Positions 12,496 to 24,924 of a stretch of 64,000 bases of DNA are shown piece after piece. How positions within the stretch are numbered: position 1 is the first letter of the stretch; each line of letters starts with the position of its first letter. The notes below the pieces were generated by a model. The model made no database searches and had not been told where the DNA came from. It saw only the letters and a list, made by a program, of their open reading frames with translations. The DNA is from Chiloscyllium plagiosum (Eukaryota), in NCBI RefSeq assembly GCF_004010195.1, contig NC_057713.1:100304075-100368074 (forward strand), given 5' to 3'. The position numbers were made by a program, and so were the translations under genes.

Positions 12496-13172
12496 CAATT
12501 CAATTAACACTCCATGGGGCATTAAATTACTGTGAAGTAGCCGGTATCAGTGGCAATACATATACCACTGACTTTTTGGATGGTGAATAGGGAAACCCAG
12601 CCATCCTAAAATTCCTGTCAGTGTCTCTTTACAATGCATATTCATCAAGGTGCACAGAGCAAGAAGACACTATTAGCATTTTCAATACCTCAGTATACTA
12701 TCCTGCCAATCACGTCCACCCTTCTGCTAAAACTCTGGATTGTGGTGAGATATAGAAAGTGTTGTCTGCAGCCTATTTCCCTCATAGCAGAAATAATGTC
12801 CATTCCAATCAAAGTCCCTGACACCTTGAATTTCGTTGCCACTGGCTCCCACAAAACAGCATATTGAGTCCTTTATCACATTAATGAAATGCACCATTGT
12901 ATGAAGAGAGTGACTGATTGTCTCTTCAGTAGATCCATGCAATTTGTATATTTTCCAACTAAATCATGCAAAGAGTGATAGCAAATTCTATAGATTAACA
13001 TATTCTTATTTCCATAAGGAACAATTGATAGAGTACATGTATCACACAAATCCCATATGACAGCCACATAGTTTTCATGAATTAAAAAAGCCTATATTTT
13101 ATTAATGTTCAACTTTTCTGCAATGCTGCTAACTCAATCTAATTTATTTCTTCCAATATCACAGTCTCTTCT

Positions 13173-13404
13173 AGGCAAAAGTGAGGACTGCAGATGCTGG
13201 AAACCAGAGTTTAGATCAGAGTGGTGCTGGAAAAGCACAGCAGGTCAGGCAGCATGTGAGGAGCAGGGAAATCAATGTTTCAGGCAAAAGCCCTTCATCA
13301 GGAATGATTCCTGATGAAGGGCTTTTGCCCGAAGCGTCGATTTTCCTGCTCCTCGGATGCTGCCTGACCTGCTGTGCTTTTCCAGCACCACTCTGATCTA
13401 AACC
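13173..13404. mobile_element. Penelope-derived fold-back element with hammerhead motifs
   Basis: Inverted arms of 97 bp (13209-13305 and 13307-13403). TSD CACAGTCTCTTCT at 13160-13172 and 13405-13417. Confidence 0.9.
13307..13342 (+). ncRNA. hammerhead motif with GAAA>GAAG substitution; mirrored minus-strand copy at ~13270-13305
   Basis: CTGATGA-A-GGGC-TTTT-GCCC-GAAG-CGTC. Confidence 0.7.
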
Positions 13405-14659
13405 CACAGTCTCTTCTGCCTAGAAAGACAAGGGCTGCAGATATATTGGAGCACCAATACTTACAAATTTCCCTCCAAGTCACTCACCATCCTGAATTGG
13501 GAATAAATTGCCATTCCTTCACAGTTGCTGGGTCAAAAATCCTAGAACTTCCCAATGTTTGCATGCCTTAAACACATAAAACAAATTGACCGGGATGCAT
13601 CTGTGACCTCCTAACTTATGATAAAGTATCCTCTATGATTCAAAGAATGGATCCTGATGATCAATTAATGATCAAGGCTTACGATCATAGGAAGACCGCT
13701 GTGAGTGTTCTATTAAAGCAGTTGAGGTCAATATGCCAGGTTTCACTTTCGCTCCCCATTCCCACTTCCCCATCTAGTTTCTAGCAGATGCTGGGGGAGG
13801 GGGCTTAAAATTTCCCATTCTGTCCACTCTGTCACTGTAATATTAAGATGTTGATTTTAATCATGAACATGTGTACACTTACTATACATAAAATATTTAA
13901 AAATTATAATGTGTATATATATATATATTTTTTAAGGAGGAATCTAAGATAATAGTGAGGGAAATCAATGTTCCTTCAGGCTATGTTAAGTTATTCAGTG
14001 TGGTGAGGTTCATATTGTATGATGAATCATATAAAGGAGACATTTTTAAAATCTAAATAAATTTCTGTATCTAATGTTTTCATTCTGTTTGGATCTGAGA
14101 CAAGTCCTACCATTAATCATATAATTTCAATTTTCATGGTGAGTCTCCAGTTCATCAATCAGGTATTCTCTTACTTTTCAGTCTGTTGCTATGGTAGTAT
14201 ATTTATTTTGGGAAAAACAAACTAGGAAACCAGACTTACCATTAGGTTCTTTTATTCAAAATAATGTGTCGTCGCTTTCAATGGACTTGGTGACCAAGTC
14301 TCCTTTCCTGCCACTTTTTTTTGCACCATTGCATTGTCACACATGAAGCATTGAATATTGATACGGATGTTTAAGTAATATCTGGGCAGCAGTTAAGATT
14401 TTTGAGCTAAAAGGGAGAAGCTCAGAGAGAACCAGGGAGATCTTTGGATTATTGCTATGCTTAGCATAAGGCAAAGAAGGATCTTTTTTTTCTGAAGCAC
14501 ATTTCACCAATGCAGGACATCCCAAAGTGGTTTACAGACAAAGAGACAGCTGTGGAATGTTCCATTGGATGAAACATACTCCTCTGGGCTTTCTTAAAAG
14601 ATTTCAACAAATTCTGTATTTCGGGCATGAAAATACATTTCATGAGTATTTATAAGACT

Positions 14660-15455
14660 ACAAGATTATAAGGTGTAGGAACAGAATTAGGCCATTTGGT
14701 TCTTCAAGCCTGCTCCACCATTTGATATGTTCTTAACTCCATTCTCCTGCCTTCACCCCATAACTCTTGATCCCTCTACCAATCAAGAATCAATGATCTC
14801 TGTTTGAAATGCCCTCAATGACTTGGCTTCCACCGCCCTGTATGGATTGAGTTCCACAAATTAACCATGCTCCAGCTGAAGACATCCCTCCTCTAAAGGG
14901 TTGTCCCTTCACTCTGAGGCTGTGCCCTTAGATTCTAGCCTCTGCTACTAATGGAAACATCTTTTCCACTTTATTCAGGCCTCTCAGTATTCTGTAACTT
15001 TCAATCAGGTCCCCCTTATCCTTCTAAATTCCACTGAGTACAAATAGAGACAAGCCCTTCATCCCCAGATTATTCTTGTAAACCTCCTCTGGACCGTCTC
15101 CAATACCAGGCAACCCTTCCTGACATGGAGGTCCAAAACAGCTCATAATATTCCAAATGTGGTCTGACCAGAGGCTATACAACCTCTCCAGTACATCTCT
15201 CCTCTTGTATTCTAGCCCTCCTGAAATGAACACTAACATTGCATTTATTGTCCTTACTACCAACTGAACCTGCATGTTAATCTTAAAAGAACCCTGAACT
15301 AGACTCCTAAGGTCCTCTATGCTTCATATTTCTAAAGCCTTTCTTCGTTGAGAAAATAGTTTCCACTAACATGCATCACTTCACACTTTTCCACATTATA
15401 TTCCATCTGCTCGTTCTTTGCCCACATTCCTAGCCTGTCCAAGTCCTTCTGATAT
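14660..15455 (-). mobile_element. CR1 3' fragment
   Basis: ORF track shows DLDRLGMWAKNEQMEYNVEKCEVMH and GGLEYKRRDV; CR1 3' UTR near 14670-14760. Confidence 0.9.
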
Positions 15456-15659
15456 TCATTACACCCACAACTGCTGTTGCATAATTTATAGCTCAGAAAT
15501 ATGCAGAGATAACAGTCCAGCTGCTGCACAAAGTTAACATTGATTCAAAATTCCGACTCCATGTTGCTCCCAACACTTCTTACAGTTTCTTTCCTTTCCT
15601 CTCAGTCTGAATCCAGGCTTAACTAATTAAGACTCAGCTAATAAAACACAGATCAATTA

Positions 15660-17090
15660 ACTAATACAGCTCCAGCTATACAAGACCCTGGTTAGTTCAC
15701 TCCTGGAATACTGTAAGCAGTCCCAGGCATCCATCTTCAGAAAAATGTATTGGTGGTCGAGGGTGTGCAGTGTAGATTTACCAGAATTATACCTGAACTC
15801 CTCATGTTTAGCTACAAAAAAAATTAAACAAAATAGGATTATATTCCCTGGAATTTAGATGATAGAAAGGAGATCTGATTAAAGTTTTCAAGATATTAAA
15901 GGAAACTGATAGAATAGATAGGATCAAACTATTTTCATTTGTTGGGGAGCTTGGGCCTGGGAGAGTTAGTGTAAATATTAGAGCAGAGCCTTTTTTAAAA
16001 GAAACTGTACCCAAACCATTAATTGATTGATTGATTGATTGTCATGTGTACTGAAGTACAGTGAAAAGCTTTGTTTACAAGCAGTACAGGCAGATCAGAG
16101 TAAGCAAGGATGTAGAGATCAGAGGTTGTACAAAGACTTAGACAGAGGCATACAGATTACATTGCACAGAGCATGCGTTGCTGAGATCAGCATTAGCAGG
16201 ATCAGCATTATTTGATTCTAGAGAGTCCTTTCATCAGTCTAATAACGGCTGGGAAGAAGCTGTTCCTGAACCTGCTGGGGATTGTGTTCAGTCTTCTGTA
16301 TCTTCTGCCTGATGGAAGAGGTTGTAGGGGATCATTACCAGGGTGTGATGGGTGTTTGATAATGTTGGCAGCCTTTCTGCGGCAGCAAGTTGTGTAAATG
16401 GAATCCATGGATGGAAGGGTGGATTCTGTGATGGTCTGAGCTGTGTACACCACCTTCTGTAGTTTCTTATGGTCCTGGACTGAACGTTACCATACCAGGC
16501 TGTTATGCACCTGGACAGTATGCTGTCAATCGTACATCTGTAAAAGTTGGTGAGGGTCGTTATGGACATGCCAAATCTCCTGAGTCCCCTGAGAAAGAAG
16601 AGGCATTGTTGTGCCTTCGTGACTGTCGCAGCTATGTGGGAGGTCCAGGACAAGTTGTCGGTTATCATTACTCCAAAGAACTTGACAGTGTCCACCCTCT
16701 CAACCTCAGTTCTGTTGATGTAGATGGGAATGTGTTCTCCTTTTTTTTTCTGCTGTATCCAGATTATGATAATGTGTTGATCAAAGCGCAGAACAGTTCA
16801 TGAAATTGATTGTTTCTGCCAAATACAACAAAAAGAAAATTGGAGCCAGATCTTTAGGAGTCAAATTAGGACATTCTTTCTTGCATAATGGTAGTAGAGA
16901 TTTAGAACTCTCTTGAACAAATAGCAGTCAATTTTAAATCTGAGATGTATACATTTCTGCAAACTCAAGGTATTAATGAATATGGGAGGAATGAGGATAG
17001 GTAAAGTTAGGTCACAGATCAATAATGATCTCATCAAAAACAGATCAGGCTTGAGGGTTGAAATGGTCTCCGCCTATTTCTAGATTTCTA
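15660..17090 (+). mobile_element. old CR1 3' fragment split by a Rex1/Babar insertion
   Basis: CAGCTATACAAGACCCTGGTTAG (LQLYKTLV) at 15672; the element resumes after ~16760 and runs to a CR1-type 3' UTR. Confidence 0.6.
16020..16745 (-). mobile_element. Rex1/Babar LINE 3' fragment
   Basis: ITDNLSWTSHI...AQQCLFFLRGLRRFGMS...FYRCTIDSILSRCITAWYGN and LPSGRRYR...SFFPAVIRL; (TCAA)n tail at ~16022-16040. Confidence 0.9.
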
Positions 17091-18073
17091 CAGGAACAAC
17101 ACGAAATGTAGGAAGTAATTAATTCCTGGAACACAGTTTCTGCCTGAAATAAGCAGAGCACTGAAGACACTAAAGTAGAAACTCTGAAAGTGACATTAAT
17201 TTTAATGGATAATGGTCATCACATTTTATTCAATAAAATCAAATGCCCATTTTAAACATTGATGGCTTAAATATTAGGGATTGTATCACCTTCAAGGCAA
17301 TGATTGTTAATAATCTAATACTACTCCTGAGATACTTTTCTCTCTTAATTTCACTTAACACTTACGTCTTAAAATAAAATTCATTCCAATTTGTTTTCGT
17401 GAACTTCCATCTGAAAAGGTGACCAGATTTCCTATAGTAAATCCTGACTCAGCTCCCTACCATGGAACCTCTACCTTGAGAAGCGAATGGTGGAGGTGGG
17501 TGACTCATGAAAGAAATGTTGAAGTGGGGGAGATCTTAGCTTTCGAGTAGGACTAGGAAGATGTTCCCTTGTTGGTTAAAGATGTAAATGTTATGGAGCC
17601 AAGCTGATTCAATGTAGTTAAGGTACGAAACACAATCAGGTTGTTGATCAGGTTCAAGAATCTGTATGGCCTTCTCTGTTCCTATGTTCCATCCCAAAGA
17701 GAAAATTACCCATTCTGAGTCGATTCCAAACCTGATTCCATTTTGTCCCAGAATGTCTAGAGTGTGAAAGCAACGGTGGATTTATAGGTTATTTTTTCAG
17801 CTACTGCTTCCACAACTTCTATTTCAACATCAAGCAAGCAGTGGAACAAAATATATTCATCTTTCCATGAGGCTCTTTGCAGCCTTTAAATCTCAACATC
17901 GAGTTCAACAATTTCAGATAATAATCACCGGCCCCATTTCCTCTGACAGCAGCTATTGGTGTTTATTCTGTTAATCTCATTTCCACCTCTCTCGGCCCAT
18001 TTTCTGTGCATTTACCTATTCCTTGACCACATGACCATCTTCTTTCCTCTTGAACCGTCATCTGTGTTTTCAT

Positions 18074-18366
18074 TTAGAATCCCTGCAGTGCACAAAGAGG
18101 CTATTCAGCCCATTGAGTCTGCACCAAAGAAATCCGACCCAGACTCAACGCTACCGCCACACCCCCAACCCTGTAATCCCACATTTACCATGGCCATTCC
18201 ACTTAACCTGCACATCTTCAGACTGTGGAAGGAAACCAGAGCACCCAAAGGAAACCCACACAGACACTGGGAATGTGCAAACTCCACACAGACAGTTACC
18301 CAAGGCTAGAATGGAACCCAGGTCCCTGGCACTGTGAGGAAGCAGTGCTAACCACTGAGCTATCAC
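18074..18366 (-). mobile_element. HE1-type shark tRNA-derived SINE
   Basis: Reverse complement of the GCTCAGTGGTTAGCACTGCT head, V-domain GTTTGCACATTC and GGGATTCTA tail. Confidence 0.9.
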
Positions 18367-18484
18367 CTTCCAACCTATCACTGACCTACCCTACTGCTCA
18401 TTCTTCTCCCTCCTCCCTTTCCCAACTTCAGTACCTGCTGCAATATTATTACAGCTCTAGCTTTTTTCCTGTTGAGATTAATGT

Positions 18485-18590
18485 CATAGATCAGAAAGAT
18501 TAATTCTATTGCTCTCTCCACAGATGCTGTTTGAGCTGTTGAGTATTTTTGTACTTATTTCAGGCATCTGCACTATTTTGCTTTTGCAAT
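18485..18590 (+). mobile_element. old Penelope-derived pLTR 3' fragment
   Basis: CTCTCTCCACAGATGCTG...GCATCTGCAC is homologous to the arms of the hammerhead elements. Confidence 0.55.
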
Positions 18591-19379
18591 AAATGTAAAT
18601 TTTGTTTGGTCTGCAACAATCTGCCAAAGGGATTTTTGCAACAGCTAAACACTTGGGTATTCGCCAGATATTGACTAAATACTTCTGCTGCCTAACAAGT
18701 TCCCTGCCTATTTCACTTGGATCACATTCAACCTGAAAGATGAGAAGGCAGAGAGGCAGTCAGTTGAGAATTAGCTAAATAAAGCTACTCGTGACTACCA
18801 TCTCATCCAGGCAAAGCCTGATCTCTACCACTCCAGCACAACCAATGAATGGCTTCCAACCCCATGGGATTTATTACAGTTCTTTTGCAAGTTTTAAGAG
18901 AGTTATAGCTCTTGAATGCCACAGATATGAGTGAGTTATTACGGTCTGTCAGCTTTGTGATAGAGGGCCTACAAAATACTGTCATAACTGGACTGCCCTT
19001 GGAGCTTGTAGCTGAAGCACTTCACCAAGTCAGATTTGAAAGCTGCTAAATTTTGTAACAAGCTGCACACATGAGCCTTTTATTATCCAGAAGTGCTCTT
19101 ACACACAACAGAACATCATTTCTCCCCCATCACCAAATCACCTGTGGTGCTTTTTTTCATCTATTAATCACCACCATTAAATCACCCATGTTTCCAATTG
19201 AATAATTTATATGCAACGCTCATTAAGGGCAATCAAACTATCTAAAGTGAGGGACAGGTAAGGAGAAGGGAGGGGGCTAATCAATACAGAGCTGGAGCAC
19301 ACATAAAGCTTTACCTACTCTGGTTAATCAGATTCTTCTTGCATGTGACTTGCTTTGCTGAAAATCACTTGTAGTTCAA

Positions 19380-19770
19380 TAAGTAGCTCTGAAATCAGAA
19401 TGTTCTGGATCAAGTCCCAGTCCAGACACTCCTACACAAATTTAAGCTGATATACCCAGTGCAGTATTGAGAAAGTGCTGGTTGTGCCATCATTTTCAAA
19501 TACTAAACCAGCTACTCTTACTTGTGGAAGTAAATAATCTCAGAATTATATTTGAAGAGGAGTGAGGGAGCCCTGCATAGTGTCCTGACCAATATTCTTA
19601 ACAAAAATGGATGATCTGCTTTTTTATCATATTGCTTGCTGTGTGCAAGTTGATTGCCATATTTCTTGAAACATGCCTACACTTTAACGTTAATTAATTC
19701 ACTGTTAAGCACTTTGGGATTGCCTGAGGCTGTGAAAAGAGCTATATAAACAGAAGTCCTTTCTTTTGTA
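19380..19770 (+). mobile_element. ancient Deu-type SINE with L2-like tail
   Basis: Head CTCTGAAATCAGAA...TCAAGTCCCA; tail AGCACTTTGGGAT...GCTATATAAA. Confidence 0.65.
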
Positions 19771-20163
19771 AAAAGCATTACCCATGTGTGCTATGAAATT
19801 CCAACATGTTCTGTTATCTACAAAAGAACTTGAGAGAACTCAATGCTGAAATTGTCATTATTTCCAGCCTAGGACAATTCAATATAACGTTATCTCTCTT
19901 TCTGGCCTCCCAGATTTATGTGGTGAATCTTCCATGTTTTTAAGGCATCATGCTCCCTAACATATGAATTGTGAATTGCGGCCCAGATCAGAGGCTACAT
20001 TGTTGATTTTCTGGTTGCAATATAGTACCTGCTTTATGCCTACAACGCACTGCTACCAAGGGCCAGCCTGACCATCCAGGCAAACTAGGTAGGTACATAC
20101 GATCCAAGTCGTTAAGGGACACTAAATTAGCTGCCAGTGAAGGAGTGAACTTTTAAAGATAAA

Positions 20164-20268
20164 GGTCTGAAGAAGAGTCATACTGGGCTCAAAACATTAA
20201 TTCTTTTTCTCTCTCCGCAGTTATTGCCAAACTTGCTGAGTTTCTCCAGCACTTTCTGTTTCTGCTTT
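20164..20268 (+). mobile_element. old Penelope-derived fragment with decayed hammerhead
   Basis: CTGAAGA-A-GAGTC-ATACTG-GGCTC-AAAAC, followed by the pLTR tail CTTGCTGAGTTTCTCCAGCAC. Confidence 0.7.
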
Positions 20269-20469
20269 AAAAGTCAGATATAATTCTAGACTCCTTACTT
20301 CTCTCCATATGGAATGTGGGTTGGGTGTGGGAGAGGAAGCAAAGTCATAATTCACCTGGGGTGCCGCAAACCCATGCTGCCAACATTGAAATGATGCACC
20401 ACGCCAAATACTTCCTCAGGTTCCGGCTAGGATGGAGATTCAAAGCTGCATGGAAATTCTGTGGCCCAT

Positions 20470-20660
20470 TTCAATTCCATTCAATTAGCTTTATTGTTAC
20501 ATGTACTCAAATGAGTACAGTGAAAAGTTTACAGTCGTCACATTACAGCGCTATCTGAGGTATAAATGTACCTAAGTCCAGATACTTAAGATCATATTCT
20601 TAGGAAACAAAAAGACAAATTAGAAAAGTAAAGAAATAAATAGGTTAGGCCAGAAGTCAC
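20470..20660 (-). mobile_element. 3' end of a non-autonomous retroposon sharing the Rex1/Babar tail
   Basis: TTTATTGTTACATGTACTCAAATGAGTACAGTGAAAAG resembles the tails at 16040-16070 and 42960-43000. Confidence 0.65.
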
Positions 20661-21034
20661 ATCAATCCCCTTCCCCACATTATGGGCAAAATTTGAATTT
20701 CTCCCCCAATTTGGATACATGCCGAATTCCTTCATCTTTGTCCTTTCAAGGTAAGTATGATGTTAGTGTGTGTGTGTGTATTTCACACTTCTTCCACAGG
20801 CTATATAACCAACAGTTAAATGAAACAGCAGTGGGAAAATGAAGGAAGGTTAAGAATAGATTTAAATTGATAAAGGTGTTTGAGAGGTTAGATAGGGAGA
20901 AATTAATTCCTCTCGTGGGGAAGTTTAGAAAAGGAGACATCACCTTAACATTAAAACAGTCCCATCCAAGGGTGATATCAGGAAACATTTCTTTCACACA
21001 AAGGACAACTTGGAACTCTTTCCTTCAAAAATGT

Positions 21035-21515
21035 AATGGATGCTCCCTACTTGTCTGGATGAATGCAGCTCCAATACTGCTCAAGAAATTTGACACCACC
21101 CAGGACAAAGCAGCCTGCTTGTTTAGCACCACAAATATACACTACCTCCACTAATAACACTCAGTAGCTACAATGTGTGCTACCTACAAATGCACTGCAG
21201 AACTTCACTAAGAATCCTTAGACAGCACCTTCCAAACCCATGACAATTTCCATCTAGAAGGACAAGATCAGCAGATACATGGGGCACCACCACCAGCAAG
21301 TTCCCCTCCAAGTCACTTCACCATCCTGACTTAGAACTATATCATCGTTCCTACTGTACCGTTAGGTCAAAGACTTCTTAATGACATTGTGAGTCTGCCT
21401 ATAGACATGGATTGCAGTGGTTCAAGAAGGTAACTCACCATGACCTTATCAACAGCATTAGAGACCAGCAATAAATGCTGGCCAGCCAGCGATACCCGCA
21501 GCCCACCAATGATTT
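21035..21515 (+). mobile_element. non-LTR retrotransposon 3' fragment (CR1/L2 group) inserted in a CR1 remnant
   Basis: Translates to LVWMNAAPILLKKFDTTQDKAACL; 3' UTR CAATAAATGCTGGCCAGCCAGCGA. Confidence 0.8.
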
Positions 21516-22495
21516 TTTTTAAAAAACCTGTTGGAGTTGGGGTTCAATTGAAACCTTATAGACTGAGGTAGATTTTTACTGGATAAGTGGATCAATGCTT
21601 CTTGTTTTTGAGATAAACATCACTTTGTTTTTGTCAATGTTCACATTTAGGTCAAAGCTTATGCTTGCTTTTAATAGTCTATGTACTAGTTCATTGAATC
21701 CTTTTGCTGTGCTTGTTTTGCTCCCCCACACCACATCTTAATGTCAGATTCTGTGTCTTCAAATGCTATTTGATCATTGTTTCTGCAGAAGCTTTGAAGT
21801 AATAAGGAAATAAAAACAAGGATAGCAAATGGAAAGGTCAGATTTAATAAGAAGAGACAGCTGCTGACAGAGGAGGTGAAAAAGACAACTCAAGAAATGA
21901 TTTATAAAGAGTTTAATTTGGAATGTTGATTTGCAACTTGAAACTTATGCAAAGGGTAAACCAACTTGCTAAATAGCTTTGAAGTGTGTTTTGAAGGAAA
22001 ATGGACAGGATCTCCTGGATAGGAAAGAATAATAACAGGCGAAGTGCCAAGGGGAGTGAATCACTAAAGAAATTTGTTGAATTCGGAAAGGTCAGAGGAC
22101 TGCATCTTACAGCTTTTTAGCAAAATGTGAATTGCATAGATTTGATGAGATGATTCTTGATGTGAGGCCAAGCGAGCTTTCTCACCCCGTCAAACCCGTT
22201 GCATTAATTGGTGTTTGAGCTTTTGTGGTTGGACTCACGTCTGATTTCCACCCCATTGACCAGACATTGTTCCCAAACCAACTTGCCACTCATCAGATAT
22301 CCCAGAATTGATAAGCATTCCTGGCACCAGTGCCATACTTAAAAATCTATTATATACCTGGACAAGCACAGTCACTTCAGAACTGTCCTGGACAGTTTCT
22401 GCTTCAGAAATGATAGACAGGGGAAATTGGCCCCTCACCTTGTGGGCAGGCTCCTGAAGTTGTGCTGGATGTGGTAGTGCACAGGCATGACTGCC

Positions 22496-24030
22496 TAGAA
22501 CATAGAACATAGAACGTTACAGCACATTACAGGCCCTTTGGCCCTCAAAGTTGTGCCGACCCACGATATTAATCTGATGCCCATCTAATCTTCACCGTTC
22601 TATTATTATCCATATGTATGTCCAATGCCCATTTAAATGCCCTCACTGTCGACGAGTCTACTACTGTTGCAGGCAAGCCGTTCCACGCCCCTACTACTCT
22701 CTGAGTAAAGTAACTATTCCTGATATCTGTCCTAAATCTATCACCCCTCAATTTAAAGCTATGTCCCTTCATGTTAGCCTTCCCCATCCAAGGAAAAAGG
22801 CTCTCACTGTCCTCCCTATCTAACCCTCTAATTATTTTATACGTCTTGATTAACTCACCTCTCAACCTTCTTCTCTCCAACAAAAACAGTCTCAGTTCCC
22901 TCAGCCTTTCCTCGTAAGACCTTCCTTCCATGCCAGGCAACATCCTAGTAAATCTGCTCTGAGCCCTTTCCAAAGCTTCCACATCCTTCCTATAATGCAG
23001 TGACCAGAACTGTGCTGAATTCTCCAGGTATGGCCTTACCAGTGTCTTATACAGCTGAAGCATGACCTCTTGGCTCTGAAACTCAATCCCCCTACCAATA
23101 AATGCAACATACCATATGCCTTTTTAACAATCCTATCAACCTGGGTGGTAACTTTCAGGGATTTGTGCACCTGGACACCGAGATGTCTCTGTTCATCTAC
23201 ACTACCAAGAATTTTACCATTAGCCCAGTACTCTGCATTCTTGTTACTTCTTCCGAAGTGAACTACCTCACAGTTTTCCACATTAAACTCCATTTGCTAC
23301 TTCTCAGCCCAGCTCTGCATCTTATCTATGCCCCTCTGTAACCCATAACATCCTTTGGCACTATCTACGACTCTACTACCTTAGCGTCATCTGTAAATTT
23401 ACTAACCCATCCTTCTACGCCCACATCCAGATCACGTATAAAAATGACAAACAGCAGTGGCCCCAAAACAGATCCTTGCGGCACACCACTGGTGACTGAG
23501 CTCCAGGATGAACATTTCCCATCAACCACCACCCTCTGTCTTCTTTCAATTAGTCAATTTCTGATCCAAACCGCTAAATCCCCTTCAATCCTGAAACTCC
23601 GTATTTTGTGCAATTGCCTACTATGTGGAACCTTATCAAACATCTTACTTATACACCATATCAGCTGCTTTACCTTCATCCACCTATTTTGTCACCTTCT
23701 CAAAGAACTCAATAAGGTTAGTTAGGCATGACCGTGTTGACTATTCCTAATCAGATGATTATAAATCCTATCACTTATGAACTTTTCCAGCACCTTACCC
23801 ATAACTGAAGTAAGGCTCACTGGCCTATAATTACCAGAGTTGTCCCAACTCCCTTTCTTAAATAAGGGAACAACACTTGCCATCCTCCAGACTTCTGGCA
23901 TTACTGCTGTCGACAATGATGACATGAAGATCAAAGCCAAAGGCTCTGCAACCTCTTCCCTGGCTTCCCAGAGAGTCCCATCTGGCCAGGGGTCTTATCT
24001 ATTTTCAGATTTTCCAAAATTGCTAAAACC
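22496..24030 (-). mobile_element. 5'-truncated CR1 LINE with internal deletions
   Basis: NYRPVSLTSV, FNVENCEVVHFG, LQLYKTLVRPYLE and RRLRGELI; (TAGAACA)n tail at 22496-22516. Confidence 0.95.
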
Positions 24031-24124
24031 TCCTCTTTGTCATCCGCAATGCCATCCCAGCCTAATGCCCCAGGACCGGCAGTGGAGGTCACGGCACTAG
24101 ACCATACCGGCCTGCTCCAATCTT

Positions 24125-24311
24125 CCTATAGAATCATCCAGGTGAACTTCATAGAAAATGATTTCCCTGATTGGGCCTGTGAATCTCGTCCAATCAGCTG
24201 TCTGTTCACTCTGACAGTTGGCTCTGAGGAAGCTGTATCAATGTCAAGGACCCTCCACATGTAAATAAAGGTGACTTGGTCATGGGATACTGCCTCTGTG
24301 GAGTTATTTCA
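24125..24311 (+). mobile_element. LTR-like fragment (probable Gypsy solo LTR)
   Basis: AATAAAGGTGACTTGG...GCCTCTGTGGAGTTATTTCA; homologous to the inverted copy at 30382-30614. Confidence 0.6.
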
Positions 24312-24418
24312 GTTACCATCTGGGTTAGAGCATTCTCAGCCATCTGGAGAATGTAAGAGAAAGATTAATTACGTTATCCACTCTGCCATCTTCTCTCCAA
24401 TACGCCATACTCACTCTG

Positions 24419-24520
24419 GTGCTGGAAAAGCATAGCAGTTCAGGCAGCATCCGAGGAGCAGGAAAATCGATGTTTCGGGCAAAAGCCCTTCATCAGGAAT
24501 ACAGGCAGAGAGCCTGAAGG
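24419..24520 (-). mobile_element. single-arm Penelope-derived insert with hammerhead motif
   Basis: Minus strand CTGATGA-A-GGGC-TTTT-GCCC-GAAAC-ATC. 16-bp TSD (14/16 match) at 24403-24418 and 24521-24536. Confidence 0.85.
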
Positions 24521-24579
24521 CACCATACTCGCTCTGTCTCTACTACTGGCCACATCTCCCACCAAGGTTTACACTCTAT

Positions 24580-24908
24580 TGGAATCACAGAATCCCCTTT
24601 TACAATGCAGAAAAATGTAATTTAGCCCATCGAGTCCTCACCAACCCTCCAAAAAACAACCCTCCCCCTATTCCCATAACCCGTCATTTACCATATCTAA
24701 CCCACACTATGGGATAACTTAGCTTGGCCAATCCACTTAACCTGCGCAGCTTTGGACTTTGGGAGGAAACCGGAGAACCCAGAGGAAACCCATGCAGTAC
24801 ATGGAGAATATACAAACTCCACACAGACAGTTGCATGAGGGTATAATTGAACCCAGGTCCCTGGCGCTGTGAGGCAACAGTGCTAACCACTGAGCCACCA
24901 TGCCACCC
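24580..24908 (-). mobile_element. HE1-type SINE
   Basis: Head GGGTGGCATGGTGGCTCAGTGGTTAG on the minus strand, with V-domain. Confidence 0.9.
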
Positions 24909-24924
24909 ATCATTAGGTTCTTAA

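Larger units (their letters stand above)
13148..13560 (+). mobile_element. non-LTR retrotransposon 3' fragment (CR1/L2 group) hosting the 13.2-kb palindrome
   Basis: CTAGAAAGACAAGGGCTGCAGAT...CCCTCCAAGTCACTCACCATCCTGA matches the same family at 21035-21510 and 38090-38405. Confidence 0.7.
12700..13720 (+). pseudogene. PIF/Harbinger (HARBI1-like DDE_Tnp_4) transposase relic with nested insertions
   Basis: Manual translation gives IPIKVPDTLNFVATGSH, HHCMKRVTDCLFSRSMQFVYFP, GTIDRVHV, FMN*KSLYFINVQLFCNA, *PGCICD and DQG. These are collinear with the Harbinger motifs LNFFATGSFQ, GAIDCTHV, NRKGFHSINVQ, PGSCHD and GDxGY. Confidence 0.8.
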
